A DNA stretch of 64,000 nucleotides, taken from assembly GCA_964252035.1 (NCBI GenBank), contig OZ176201.1, one strand, 5' to 3'. A program made the translations under genes and the position numbers. How positions within the stretch are numbered: the first letter of the stretch is position 1; each line of letters begins with the position of its first letter. Shown in pieces: positions 22,535 through 35,526 of the stretch. Origin of the DNA: Podarcis erhardii (lineage: Eukaryota). Under the pieces are notes generated by a model. That model ran no database searches, had not been told where the DNA came from, and worked only from the letters and a program-made list of their open reading frames with translations.

Positions 22535-23872
22535 AAAGCTATATAGTCCATGTTGCTATATAGTCCATGTTGCTATTTCAGCCTGTGCTCAAGTCTCATA
22601 CAATCAAATCAGCACACACAAACTGGACTGAATTCAGACAGATCAACCATGTTTTGGCCAGATGTGAACTGAACTAGCTGAACTAGCTACGTGGCCAATT
22701 CTGTGCATGTGCAACAGCCATCATAGTGAACGGTTCATGTGAACAGGCCCAGCAAAGGGTTTAAGAAGCAGAGCTGAAGCTGCTCTGTCTGTCAGGCAAT
22801 CAAGGGTATCCCTTCCCCTTAGGAATGTAAGAAGCTGCTTTAGAATTAGAATCAGACAATTGGTCTATGAAGCTCAGTGTTGTCCATCTCTAGACTGGCA
22901 GTGGCTCTCCTGGATCTGCATGCAAATAATGAACCCTACTATTGACTTGCTGTCCATTTCCATTACTTCATGCCACATAAATTACCTATAATGTGCAGAG
23001 AAGGATGAAACATTGAAGGCGTAATACTTGTGGCATGGTCAATTTCTTTGGCAGAAAGTGTCAGATTCCACAACACCTTCACAGAAGAGGAACAATCCCT
23101 ACATACAAAAGAGAGGTGTCCAGAGCATATATTCGTGATTTTATTTGTATGATCAGAGGAACTTTGTATAAGGTTTTTTTTTTGGGGGGGGGACTTCATT
23201 TTCCTTCGAGGAACTAGAACTCTGAACTGCCCTGAGACCTGCAGGTATAGGGCAGTATATAAATTCAATTAGTAGTAGTAGTAGTAGGTACAGAGGAAAA
23301 CAACCCAAGGTGACCAGACTTTAGGAAATAAAATGTGGGAATCCTGCAAACCACACAGATCTATTGTCTCTTCCAAGAAACAAGGGACAAAGCTACTGGT
23401 GTGGTTTCAAGCATTATTACTAGAAAAAATATAAGCAGGCTTCTTCACATGTACTTAAATGAAAATGCTTCATAGGAAAATGCATTGAATAATGTACCGG
23501 TAGATAGTAATACACAAGCTGGCAGCTGTGTTGCATTGAACCTGCAATGCCATTTGTGCAGTTTCGGGTGAGGGATTGCAAGAGTCAATACTTGGTATGA
23601 GTTGGAGATTATTTTCTGTTAATGGAAACCTCAGCATACAATGCACAATTCAGAAATGAAAACATCTGTGATCAAGCACCCAATACCCTGCATGTGGAAT
23701 TGTTGTTTGATAACGGACACATAAAAGTTGCACTCTCTCCTATAGCAGCCTTTTCTCAGCTGCATCCACAGGACTGCTGTTCCAAGGCTGGAAAGGAGGA
23801 AATTCCAAATGGGCTTGGGCTCTGCATTCTTAAGAAGGAATTGTCAAGATTTTGATGTCGTAAATGAAAAGA

Positions 23873-23919
<47 letters not shown>
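23873..23919. repeat. (AAT)n microsatellite
   Basis: Read directly. Confidence 0.95.
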
Positions 23920-23921
<2 letters not shown>

Positions 23922-25359
23922 TGTTTATATACAGTAGAAGTTTGAAGTTGCATCAGACTGAGACGTATTAAATTTCTGTGATAAAATAGTTTCATGGTTG
24001 TACAAAGTCTTTAATTACTCTTACTGTATTTTGCTATTGTGACTATAGGACATGGGATGTAATTCTCCACAAAATTGTGGCATTTATTTTCTAGCTTTGG
24101 GCTCCATGGAACAGACGTCACACTTTTGACTGTCCCCCTCAATGGAGAATGTATTTTATAATACCAAGAGCTGAGCCAGCCTAGTTTAGAAGTATGCTTC
24201 CTACAAGAACACTGAAGGAGAAAGAGTATTAGGGCCATCTCACGCACTACAGTTTTAACATGTGCAAATGATTTCAACCTTACCTGCAAATGCACATGAC
24301 CAACACGTGTCTGCAAAGGAACACAATTAATATATAGAGGGATGTTCCTAACGTGCAAAGCATGAAACTGCCTTAGAAGTGGGATACTGCCTTGAGCAAA
24401 ATTTAACTATGGCAAGATGGCATACAAATAATTGATGATGATAAATTACTGAAATGAAATGAAACCACAGGCTTAAGAACAAATAGTCACAGAAGGAACA
24501 GTGAGCACTTTTACTTAAACACACACAATTGGGTGGCGGGGTGGAGAGAGACTTGACTTTCCTAGAAGTTTTTAACACGTGTCCTTCACTGTAGGAACCT
24601 GATCCTGTAATTCCAAATTGTTGGGCCTCACAGTGGTTGCTCAAGAGTGAGAGGAAAGTACTACACATTGGGTGGAATTCAACGATTTGCTAAAGAAATT
24701 GTTCCATCGGGCAAACATAAATGCCCTGACAGAGCAATCTCCCTTCTCCCCCCATCCCTGTATGCTGTGCTGTGGTTATCCCGCCCCCCCCCCCCCCACT
24801 GATTTAGGAACATGGCTTGAGGAAGGAGAACCCAATTATGCTAGCAGGTCTAATTGAGCTGGCTTCCAATAGCACAGCTATTTAGCAGAATCCAGCCCAC
24901 CATCAGGGACACTCATTTCACCGGCCTCATTTTAACTGTGATCATTACCTCATCTATTACGAGGATAGCATCACGACAGTTAAATTAGGCTATGAAGTTG
25001 ATCTCTGCCTCAGACCAAGTCATTAACCTGACAATTAAAAAACACCTTTGCAATCAGGCAAGCATTCTGTTACAAACATATTTCTGGAATGCAGGCTTCC
25101 CAGAACAGACCAAGAGGCCAAAGAATGATACAGGTTTCCAATTAGAATCGTGTGTGTTTGTGAAGGACAGGCCTGCTCTGACATTATCCTACCAAAATAC
25201 ATCTTTCTCTCGGTTTTATCTAATCTTTGTGGGGACACTGTTGCCTCCTAGTGCTACTGCACTGACTTCTGTTAGCATTAATTCCATGGGCTCTGAAATA
25301 CACCTATCTGTGCATCCGCTGCAGAGTCAGAGGAGACGGTTCAGATATTTCAGAGGTGC

Positions 25360-25365
25360 TTTATT
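25360..25365 (-). terminator. Candidate NAA80 poly(A) signal (AATAAA)
   Basis: tttatt on the + strand, ~370 nt downstream of the NAA80 stop codon. Confidence 0.6.
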
Positions 25366-25733
25366 GATAAAATGACATCAAACTTGAAGGCAAGGCAATT
25401 TACGATACACAGCTCAGCACAGGCCCACTCAGCTATGGCAACCACCACTGGAAGACAATGGGGAACAGTAGATGGCCTTGAAAGTGTATCCAAAATAGAT
25501 CATTGTCTAAGCGAATTTCACATTTTTATGGCATGAAAATGGGCTCTTGTCTGAAAAGAATTCTGGTAAAACAACCGTGGAAGATAGAATCTATTGGCTT
25601 TGTTTGTGTTAGAATAGTTCTCTCACAGCCCATCTCACTGGATCCAAAGCTGAGCTTTTCTTCTCAGCATCTCTCTGCTCCTTCAGCCGTCATTTCATCT
25701 TCATCACACTTGCATAGGCACATGGTGAAAGGG

Positions 25734-26756
25734 TCAGATGTCCTTCTCCATCCAGAATATGGGCCGCCCCTTCAGGTCACGATATGGCGTTTCTAGAAAC
25801 AGCTGGCTCTGGGCTTTGTCCCCCGATGGGCCAGAAGAGGCAGAGTTACAGGAATCGGGATGGCCTGCCGAAAGGGCCATGGACAGAGGTGGAGGTGGAG
25901 GAAGAGGAGGTGGGGGAGGAGGAGGAAGGTTTGCAACCAAAAGAGGCACGGTGGCTGATTGCGAGGGCGGAACAGAAGCATTCATGGCCTGGGAAGAGGA
26001 ACTGTGGGAAGCTACAGAAGCTGACAGGAGGGAAGGGGGAGAAATGGTGGCAGCTGCTGGCGGATAAGAATGAACAGGAAGCAATGGGGGTGGTGGGGGA
26101 GGAGAAGCCGCTGAACAAACCGTGAATGAGGAAAGGTGTGCTGAGGGTGGCAACGGAGGAAGGCTTGCTCCGCATCTCCTGCTGAAAGATGTACTTGGCT
26201 CATGCTTCCCAGACCCTGTGGGAAGTTCCTTGTCCTGCTGAAGGGGAGAGAAGCTCTCCAGAAACTCCATAGGTACAAGGGAACTCGCGAATCCTGCACA
26301 CTGAACTGGCTTGGACAAGCTGTAACCCAGGTGGGCATAGAATTGCTGCTTGTCGTGGGTGGTGAGGTGCAGGCGCCTATAGCTGCGGGACCTGGCGTAA
26401 CGCTCAACAGCTTCCATCAGCTTCCTGCCATAGCCCTTTCCCCGGAGGGCCTTGGCAACAACCACCGTCTCCACAAACAAGCTCTTGGGCTGGCCAACCA
26501 CACGGGACAGCCTGGCATGCCCCAGGAGTTGGCACTGACTCTTGGCTGTCTTCCCTTCAGCGGTGTCTTCCACTGACCTCTGGGTCCTAATCAGCACCAG
26601 GCACATGGGGAAGCTGTTGCTGGATCTCTGCAGGGAGTGGATGCGGGAGGTCCTGCTCCTCTTCCACTCTTCATTGATGAGGTCGGCACAGGCCTCTAGG
26701 AGATCGGGCCTCTGGTGAAGGGGCACCGCTGTGAGCATCTCTGAAACAGACCCCAT
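25734..26756 (-). CDS. NAA80: N-alpha-acetyltransferase 80 (actin N-terminal acetyltransferase, NAT6/FUS2), single coding exon, 340 aa
   Basis: GNAT fold: ACADLINEEW.RSRTSR.HSL, GHARLSRV, ETVVVA..LRGKGYGR.LME (acetyl-CoA motif), LHLTTHD. It also has a proline-rich loop and the diagnostic C-terminus GRPIFWMEKDI. Start taken at ATG 26756, because the acceptor gtgctttcag (26823-26822) cuts off the longer ORF-track start. Confidence 0.96.
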   Translation of the reverse strand: MGSVSEMLTAVPLHQRPDLLEACADLINEEWKRSRTSRIHSLQRSSNSFPMCLVLIRTQRSVEDTAEGKTAKSQCQLLGHARLSRVVGQPKSLFVETVVVAKALRGKGYGRKLMEAVERYARSRSYRRLHLTTHDKQQFYAHLGYSLSKPVQCAGFASSLVPMEFLESFSPLQQDKELPTGSGKHEPSTSFSRRCGASLPPLPPSAHLSSFTVCSAASPPPPPPLLPVHSYPPAAATISPPSLLSASVASHSSSSQAMNASVPPSQSATVPLLVANLPPPPPPPLPPPPPLSMALSAGHPDSCNSASSGPSGDKAQSQLFLETPYRDLKGRPIFWMEKDI

Positions 26757-29700
26757 TCTTCTCACCACCAGAGGACCAAGCGGCGAAACCTTACATGGGA
26801 CACAGGGAGCTTGACTCACTCCTGAAAGCACAAACACAATGAAGTGTGTTTGCAGTGCACAATCAGTTCCAAGAGACCTACTAACCCTTTCGCAGGGAAG
26901 CCTCACCTTGCCAGGATCAAACCCAAGCGGAAGGAGCTGCAGCATCCTCTGTAATCATCCCATAAAGCAAAGGGCTGCAGATGCCAAGACAGCCTTAGCT
27001 CTTGGTCTTACAAAGGCACAGATAGCCAAGGCAGTGTGATTCTAATGTTGTAGCCCATGACTCCCAACATCCCTATTGGCTATGCTGGCTGCAGCTGATG
27101 AAAGTTGTAGTCCAACAACATCAGGAGGACATTGCATTGGCTATTCTTCCACTTGGTCTTTTACCAAGTGCTGATTTGGGGGCATGCGTAACAAGACATC
27201 TAGTCTGCATCCTCTGCTACAGTGCTGGAGAAACTGTGGCTCTCCAACTCCCACAGTTCCTGAAAACTGGCCATGCTGGCTTTGGCTGATCAGTTGGGAG
27301 TCCAGGAACATTTGGAGGGCCACAAGTTTCCCAATCCAGTTCTACTATAAAAACATCTGGGAATCAGCGTAGACTATAAGCCAATTCCTATAAATGCTTG
27401 TTTGAAACTCGGCTTTTATTTTTCCCTTGGGGACTGAAAAGGATTCAGTCATACAGAAATATGGTGTACACCCTCCCAAGGAACAGAAGTACGTAACATG
27501 GTTCACTTACTATATTCATGTAAGTGCAGTCTGGCTGAATGCAACTCATCCCTTGTCCATTGGAAGGCCCACTCAAGCTCTATGAGTTTCTAAACTGCCA
27601 ACATGTTCCCACATTTAATTCACAATTATGGGAGTATGCTCTGTACTCCATGAGATGATGATGGCCATGGAGATTCCTGGGCAGCCAGACTGCAGACCAG
27701 ATACAACTTCTTAAGCTATGAGTGAAGAGCAATCCACTTTAGAAGAAAACTCAGGTTCCGTTTGGCTTCTTTACCCTTCTTACAACAGTCCAGTTGGGAC
27801 CTTGATTCAAGAGTGGTTTAAAATTGAAGGTACTCTGATATAGCTTAGGTACTCGGTGGCTTCTTTCAGGACTGTCACACCTCCTCTCAAGAGATGACAC
27901 CTAAATATACAACACAAGTTGTCTTCTCTTTGCATCTGCCTACACTGAAGATCATTCAAGTGAATATTTGGATATACCGTGCATTGACCAATAACATGCC
28001 CAAACTGTGAAAGGCAGTTTCCTTTTTTAAAAAAATAAAAAATCCAGCAAAATCTTCCTCATAAAATGGAAGCAATGATCCCAAGGACCACCTTACATCA
28101 CCACTTTTGTCTCATCTGGAGCACGTGGGAACTGGCCAAGCAACTTGTTTCCACATGTCTCCATAATGCAATGTGCCACTTCCTCCAAAATCTCCCAGAA
28201 GGGGACTCAGCTATAGGTTTGGCAAATTGCAAGCAGGTGGTATGTTGAAACGTTCCCCTAAGCAGTCCAGAATGTCACAGATGAGCCTCAAATGGTTTCA
28301 AGAGTCAGCCCACAGGGAGAGTTCAAACATTGTATTAATCTCATTGTACTCTGGTTGGCTCATGAATTTGCTGAGAGGCAGCTGTGTTGAGCAGGACCCC
28401 GGCCCCCCAGTGAATGTTAGCAGGTCTCGTCACAACTCTATCCTTCTCTGTATATTTTTGGAGGTGGTGGTGGGGTACATACAAGTGCAAGGGGCATAGT
28501 AAGTCAGTGACAGAGCACACACTTTGCATGAAATAGTTCCCAAGTTCAACTCAGGTATCTTCATAGATGGGGCTGGTAAAGACCACTGCCTGAAACCCTG
28601 GAAAGTTGAGAAGAATATAGAAAATATTGAGTCAGATGGCAATGGTATGAAGGTATCTTCATGTGTTCAAGTGACAGGGGGAGGGTGGGCTTCCATTTAC
28701 ACAGTTTTGTCCTCTTAACTCTTCATCTCTCTGATGTTTCAGACAGCACAGAGAATTCTCTTCAGGCTGCCTGGGAGGAAATGGAGGAAACTGGGGAGAG
28801 AAAAATGTTCTCATTCATTCTTTTCCCCCTCGCTCTTTCTCCTTTGGATCTCCATACCTTCCACACGGTGAGACTCAACGTTATCATATAGACTCTCACT
28901 AAACCCATGAGGCAGCCTCCAAATGGGAGCCACACTGGAAGGTGAAAAAACACCCAAGAGACAACAAGAAAATTAATCCTTTCACAACCCTTTATGAAGT
29001 AGCTTATGAAATTATACCATGCAGCCACTGCACTCAGGTTATGAAATAGGAACAGAACATGCCCTCCAAAAGGTGGGCTGAGGAGATTCTCACGACAGGG
29101 ACATTAGCTGGGGGCAAATCCTAGAGCCACGTAAGCAGAGGGAACTCTAGGGTATTGCTTTAGAGCCTTAGCATCATCCAGTTACTGCAGCACTGAGTTT
29201 AGAGAATGCTATTTTGACAATACTGTGTTGCATCTGCAGACATGCACAGTTAAGTCCTCATGATTGCTTATGTCTGCTCTCATTTACCCACAAACAGCAG
29301 ATGACTCAGTTCCATCTCAGAGGCTAGATGTAGCCCCCTCACACAAGTTTTCAACACAGCCCGTGCTACCTTTTCTGCAAAGGTGCTCTGTGACATTACT
29401 GGAAAAGCCATATGTTTGGGGAAGGAAGTGTCTCATACAAAGAGTTTTCTCAATAAAGGCTAAGAACACCACAACTTGTGCCTCCAGTTACTGGCAAGGA
29501 CTGCTCCTCAAGACAAAATTTGGTTGTGCACCAAAAGGAATTAATGTACATCTTTTCAAAGTTGTTGCATTAGCAGCCCACTCAAGTCACAGGAGTGCAT
29601 TCCCACCAGGGCAGAGAATCAGTCCAACGGTCTAAAACTATTTCAATCACCTCTCACAAACATCAATTACTCATGCTTATTACTAATTATGCATATTAAG

Positions 29701-30242
29701 TACATAGGCACTTTTCCAGGCGCTTCACATGAATTCCACTGAAGTAACCCTTACAACAGCCTTGTAAGGTAGACCAGTTTTATTATCCCAGTATCACAGT
29801 TTGGGTGGGTATGGGGGGTGGCTGAGGCTGAGAAAGCAATGGCCTGCCTAAGGCCACCTAATGAGTTTGTGATTGACATAAAGATGGATGTAAAATTACT
29901 GCTGAACTCTTTTGATAGGCTGGTACTAACATTTTGCTATGCACTGCTGTCTTCGTTATTTTCTTCTGTATCTTAAGCCATTTGGGGAAGCTCTTGAGGG
30001 AAAGGGACATACAAAGGGACTGACAGAGGTGATGATTGGTAAGGCGAGGTTTTCACTGGTTTGCCAACCACAGCTCGTTCTCTAACCATGCACAATGCCA
30101 GCTTCCACAGCCTTTGCCCTCCTGTTGCCCGCCAGATGTTTTAGGCTGTGGTTCCCCTCAGCCCCACACAGCATGGCCCCATTGGCTGGGGCTAGCAGGC
30201 GTTGCGATCAAAAATATCTGCAGGGCACTAGGTTGGTGAAGG

Positions 30243-30603
30243 CAGCAGCAGAGAATATGCCTGCGCTGCCTAGGGTCGGCCCGCTCCCAAGGGGGGCAGG
30301 GTGTGCTCCTTAGGGGGGCAGAGGGGTGCCCTTCCAGGTGTGGGATAGTCGCTTGGCTGCAGAGAGTGGCATGTGCGCCCTGCAGCCAGGGTCGGAGCGA
30401 GCCACTCATGGGTTGGAGCAAGCCGCCCATGGCAGACATTCAGTGCGCTGCCACCCACGACTCCCAAGCCTCCCCCAAGGTGTCAAAACGAAAGGGGAAG
30501 GGGAGAATGCCGCCGGCTAGGCGTTGCAGGTGGGCAGCGCACCAAATGTCACCCCTCTCAGCGAAGACACCCGGTCCCACTGCATCCCCTTTCCACCGCC
30601 CCG
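30243..30603. mobile_element. GC-rich non-autonomous element, probably hAT-type, with 8-bp TSD ggtgaagg
   Basis: ggtgaagg at 30235-30242 and 30604-30611. Removing the insert restores ...ggttggtgaaggctg, the end of a short repeat that starts near 30055. TIRs are degenerate. Confidence 0.5.
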
Positions 30604-30980
30604 GGTGAAGGCTGCCTTCAAGCAACAGATATGCACACACAAAAACGCCTCTAAGTTTGCTCTGGACTACCTTTGTCACCTGTGAGCCTTGCCAACGTGG
30701 GGATAGACTGCTAAAGGGAACCTGAATTTACATTCTCGCCCATGTAGGTTCTGCATCCGCATTACAAATTGATTTAAGCACCAGGTGTTCAACTGCTTTG
30801 GGAGCTTGCTCAGCATCAGGTGTCCAAGAATACACAGAAAAGGCACTCATCATAAGACCCCCTGGAAGGAAGAGACCCCAGGTATGGCGTGAAGGCACAT
30901 GAGCCTATCTATCACCTTGCTGGAGCTAAAGAGGCTGCCACATTGCCTGGATGAGTGACTGCCTGAGAACCATGCACATA

Positions 30981-31222
30981 CAGTGGTAGCTCAGGTTAAG
31001 TACTTAATTCGCTCCGGAGGTCTGTTCTTAATCTGAAACTGTTCTTAACCTGAAGCACCACTTTAGCTAATGGGGCCTCCTGCTGCTGCCGTGCTGCTGG
31101 AGCACAATTTCTGCTTTCATCCTAAAGCAAAGTTCTTAACCCGAGGTAATATTTCTGGGTTGGTGGAGTCTGTAACCTGAAGAGTATGTAACCTGAAGCA
31201 TATGTAACCCGAGGTACCACTG
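30981..31222. mobile_element. pogo/Tigger-like MITE, copy 2
   Basis: ta-cagtggtagctc...gaggtaccactg-ta, with the same internal sequence as copy 1. Confidence 0.9.
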
Positions 31223-32845
31223 TACTGCCTTGAATTCCATGACTAAATGAATGACACAGAGGTCAGAAAATAAATAAAAATCATACAACTTGCCTTGTGT
31301 GCACTATACAAGACTCCCTTGAAGAAGAGATGAGAAAAGTAATTAACGCACCATACGTGAATGACCTCTGTTGCATCACTCACAGACCGTTGTGGAAAGC
31401 ACTCTAGCAGAGAACAGGGCAATCAGAAAATAGCATACCCCTAGGTAGACTGATAAGCCCTACTTGTGCTAAATTCCAAGTTACGAGGCAGGCCTGGAAG
31501 TTCTGGTCCAAGTAGCTTTTCTGACAAAAACCTCTATATCCAAGGTATGCACTGCTACAGGGGATTTCTTGTTTTCAAGAATCCTGGCTCTGGAAATAAG
31601 CCGGCAGTGTCATCACAACACATCACTAGCAATACCACCCAAAAATGTCACACAGTGTTTCCTTTTTCCATTTCTAAGCATCCTGCTGCCAACTTGGGCA
31701 CTAGGATTCCCTACCCCTCCTGCTAAAATCAACAACACACTCTACACATCCTGGAGGAAAAGAAGAAGAGGCTGAACAAATTCCATTCATCCACACCTAC
31801 TCCCAGCTCTACTAGAGCAGCACTAGATGAGAATCGCTCCTTGCGTGAGGTAAAGATTCTATCCATCTTAACAACAGCCAGCAGAGCATCCCTCATTCCT
31901 CAGTTTCTACTGGTACCTCTCAGAACCAGGCCCACATGACAGCATGACCCATATGATACCCTGGTCCCAAACTTTCAAAATTCTGAACAGGCACCAAACC
32001 TACATACTTTATATCCTGTCCATCCCAGTTTTATATTGCCTGTTCCTCTAGTACAGCTGCCTGAGCACAGTATACATGTTTGCTACAGGATCCCTTTATA
32101 ACAGGATGAGAAACTCATGGCTCTCCAGGCGTTGTTGGACTTCATCTCCCATCAGCCCCAGCCTGCCTTGCCAGTGGTCAGGATTGATGGGAGCTGTATT
32201 CCAGCTAGACTTGGAGAGCCACAGGCTCCCCTCTCCTGCTCTACAATAAGACCACCAGCAGAAGAAAAGAAGTGCCAAATACCTGTGGCAAATGGGAGCT
32301 GCCTGAAGTGCCGCTTCCCTCCTTTGGAGATTCTGCTTGCAATGCTAAGGCTCAAGGGAAACTGTCTACTTTCGCAAGAGCATGACAGGAAGCTACACAT
32401 GCGCCTACAGCTCATTTCTTCTTTTAAAGAGTGAGCTGTCTGTTTACTTGACACCCAGGTCTTGGAATGTAAATTGTGTGCTGAGTAGCCCAGCCCAGCC
32501 CTGACAGGAGCCAAAGGCTGGCACCCATCCAGACAACAACAACAACAACAAAGCAGACACAGACTTCGTCTATGGGGTTCCCAAACAGATGCCTTCAACC
32601 ACTACAGCTCCTAGGTCCAAGTGTAGGCTGAAGTATCAAAGAACTCTATTTTTGGGTGGTGGTGGGGGGGGGGAGAAATGGACCCATTTAGATTCTGAGA
32701 ATCCAGCCCCTAATAAGCATCCAGCCAACTCACTTTGGCAACAGCAATTCTATCATGAGTAGAAAGGAAAGGGAGCAGGGCTCGCAACCATCCAACAGCA
32801 AAGAAAGCAGGTGGGCAAGGAAGGCAAACTGGGCTTGCTGCTTAC

Positions 32846-32900
32846 CGTGCCTTAACCCCTCCCCAATACTTCCATCTCCACATATCACAAAGTGAGGCTG
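32846..32900 (-). other. Candidate 55-nt 5'UTR exon of NAA80/HYAL3
   Basis: Acceptor ccagccttttgcttcag (32902-32901) and donor ACG|gtaagc (32845), inside the shared first intron. Supported by splice signals only. Confidence 0.45.
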
Positions 32901-32941
32901 CTGAAGCAAAAGGCTGGTAGTAACCCAGACTAGCCTTTGTA

Positions 32942-33511
32942 CAGTAGTACCTTGGGGGGACGCAGGTGGCACTGTGGGTTAAAGCCTCAGCGCCTAGGAC
33001 TTGCCGATCGAAAGGTCGGCGGTTCGAATCCCTGCGACGGGGTGCGCTCCCGCTGCTCGGTCCCAGCGCCTGCCAACCTAGCAGTTCGAAAGCACCTCCG
33101 GGTGCAAGTAGATAAATAGGGACCGCTTACCAGCGGGAAGGTAAACGGCGTTTCCAGAGCAGCGATGTCACGCTGGCCACGTGACCCGGAAGTGTCTCCG
33201 GACAGCGCTGGCCCCCGGCCTCTTGAGTGAGATGGGCGCACAACCCCAGAGTCTGTCAAGACTGGCCCGTACGGGCAGGGGTACCTTTACCTTTACCTTT
33301 ACCTCGGGGTACAGATGCTTCAGGTTACAGAATCTCCTAACCCAGAAATATTACCTCGGGTTAAGAACTTTGCTTCAGGATGAGAACAGAAATTGTGCAG
33401 CGGCTGCAACAGGAGGCCCCATTAGCTAAAGTGATGCTTCAGGTTAAGAACAGTTTCAGGTTAAGAACGGACCTCCAGAACGAATTAAGTTCATAATCTG
33501 AGGTACCACTA
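32942..33511. mobile_element. pogo/Tigger-like MITE, copy 3, interrupted in its left TIR by a Sauria SINE
   Basis: ta-cagtagtacct | SINE | acctcggggtacagatgcttcaggttacag...gaggtaccacta-ta. Confidence 0.88.
32953..33299 (+). mobile_element. Sauria SINE, copy 2
   Basis: Near-identical to 7412-7776 apart from an internal ~20-bp difference. B-box ggttcgaatcc, (ACCTTT)n tail, and short duplication tacct (32948-32952 / 33300-33304). Confidence 0.93.
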
Positions 33512-35526
33512 TATTAGTCTACAGCAGGGGTGGAGTGGGGGGGGGGGGCTTGAGGCCCTCCAGATGTTGGACTCCAACTCCCATCAGCCCCTGCCAGTGT
33601 GGCCAATGGTCAGGGATGAAGGGAGTCGGAGTCCAGCAATATCTAGAGGACCAGAAATTCCCCACCTCTGATTTCAGTTCTCAATGCTCTCTTGCCACAG
33701 CACAAAACCCCTCTTGCTAGTACAGGTACTTTATCTTCTTGATTAGAGGCATGTTTCCAAGCTGTTATACCTACACACCAGTTCTATGAACATATAAACT
33801 TCGGCTTATTCAGTGTCAACAGTGGATTGATCTACAGAGCCAAACGGAGCTTATGTTACTAGAGTAATAGATGGAAACCAGGCCTACTGGGGTGGGGTGA
33901 GGAGGCCAGGGAATCCACTGGGCAGAACTAGGACATTGCCATGAAGACATTCATCCTGCCCAGTCTCCAGAAACGACAGGATGGATGTTGTTTACAAGGT
34001 CTCAAAGCACAGAGGCTTGTTCTCCTGTGCTGTCTTCCAGTGTCAACACATAGTGCAACACAAGGAGGAAACAAACCTGCTCTGTGTCTCAGGTAATTTT
34101 GGGACGCACCTGCTACCAACAAACACTCCTTGGTAAAAGGTCACAAAACTCATGAAACTGGGGACAAGACAAGGTGGTTAGACTGTCCACAGGCAATGCA
34201 GTAGTCTGTTTCCTACCACTATTAATGTACCCAACACAGCTTTTCCTGCAATGGAATTAAAAATACCAATTAAGTTTCAATTCCCTTCCATATCCTGACT
34301 TCTGGAAAACAGTCATATTCTGTTTGGGGACACAGAAAACATTCATATATTCACAGAGCTCTGAATAAGTGGAACTGCTGTTTACCCATTGTCGGATGGG
34401 AAACATAAGCAAGCAAAAGGGAATTGTGACTATGCCTCAATGGACAAAAGGCACTGACAGCACAATCCTACTATACATGCCTACTCAGAAGTAAATTCAT
34501 TGAGCAATGGGGTTTACTCCCAAGAAATTGGGTACAAGAATGTAGTCTTAAAGTCAGTCATAATGAAGCCCCCTTTCAGTGCTTTCCATGGGGCTGAGTT
34601 ACAATGAACTTCTGTCATCCAAGTTGGTGGCTATCACTATATCTAGAGGTCTCAAATTCCATAGTTTAAAGATGCGTGTCTAGTGTTCAAAATTCACATG
34701 CGACCAAGTGAAGATGTTCAGCCCCCAGGATGGCGCCTGATGTCTCCACCATCTGGAGGTGCATGCCTGGGGATCTTTGGGTCTTGCCTGTTTTCACACA
34801 ATAACAACACATCCTGTAGAATTATACCCATTATATTTTATCTGCACAATCAGAATGAATTTCAGGAACCAAAAAGTCATGGTGAAAAATATGTCTTTCA
34901 AGCCAATGTGGCCCCAAAATGGCAACTAGGCATTCTGTTTTGGCAACTGTAACCCTGGTTTAAGGAGCCATTTGGCACCTAGCTTTTTATATGTGAGTTT
35001 CTAATAGTGGATCATGTGTCATGTGAAGAAGTACTTTCTTTTATCTGTCCTGAACCCCCCAATATTAAACTTCATTGACGGTCCCAAGTTCTAGTACTAC
35101 AAAAGAGAGAAAAGCTTCCCTTAGTTTATCTCTACCCCATACATAATTTTATACACTTCTATCACGTCTGTCCTTTACCCACCTTCTCTCTATGCTAAAA
35201 AAGCCCCACAAGTTATACCTTTTCCTCGTAGAGCAGTTTTGGCTACCATTTTCTCAACTTTTTCCAGCTCTACAATACTCTCTTTGAGGCAAAGGAACTA
35301 TATTATTTCAAGTGTAGCTGCACCACAGATTTGTATATCATTACAATATTGATAGTTTTATTTCCCTTTCCTAACCCAGCATGCAATTCACCTTTTTCAC
35401 AGCTGCTGCTGCAGGCTGGCTCAACATCTTAGTTGAGCGAACAGCAATGACCCCAAAATCTTGTTTCTGCTCAGCCAACCCCACTTCAGATCCCATGAGC
35501 ATGTATGTGAAGTTAAGATTTATTTA

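Noticed and set aside
26757-26945. 63-aa N-terminal extension of the NAA80 ORF in the ORF track
   Set aside because: It crosses a strong acceptor at 26822, so the upstream part is intronic. ATG 26756 is the first Met within the exon.
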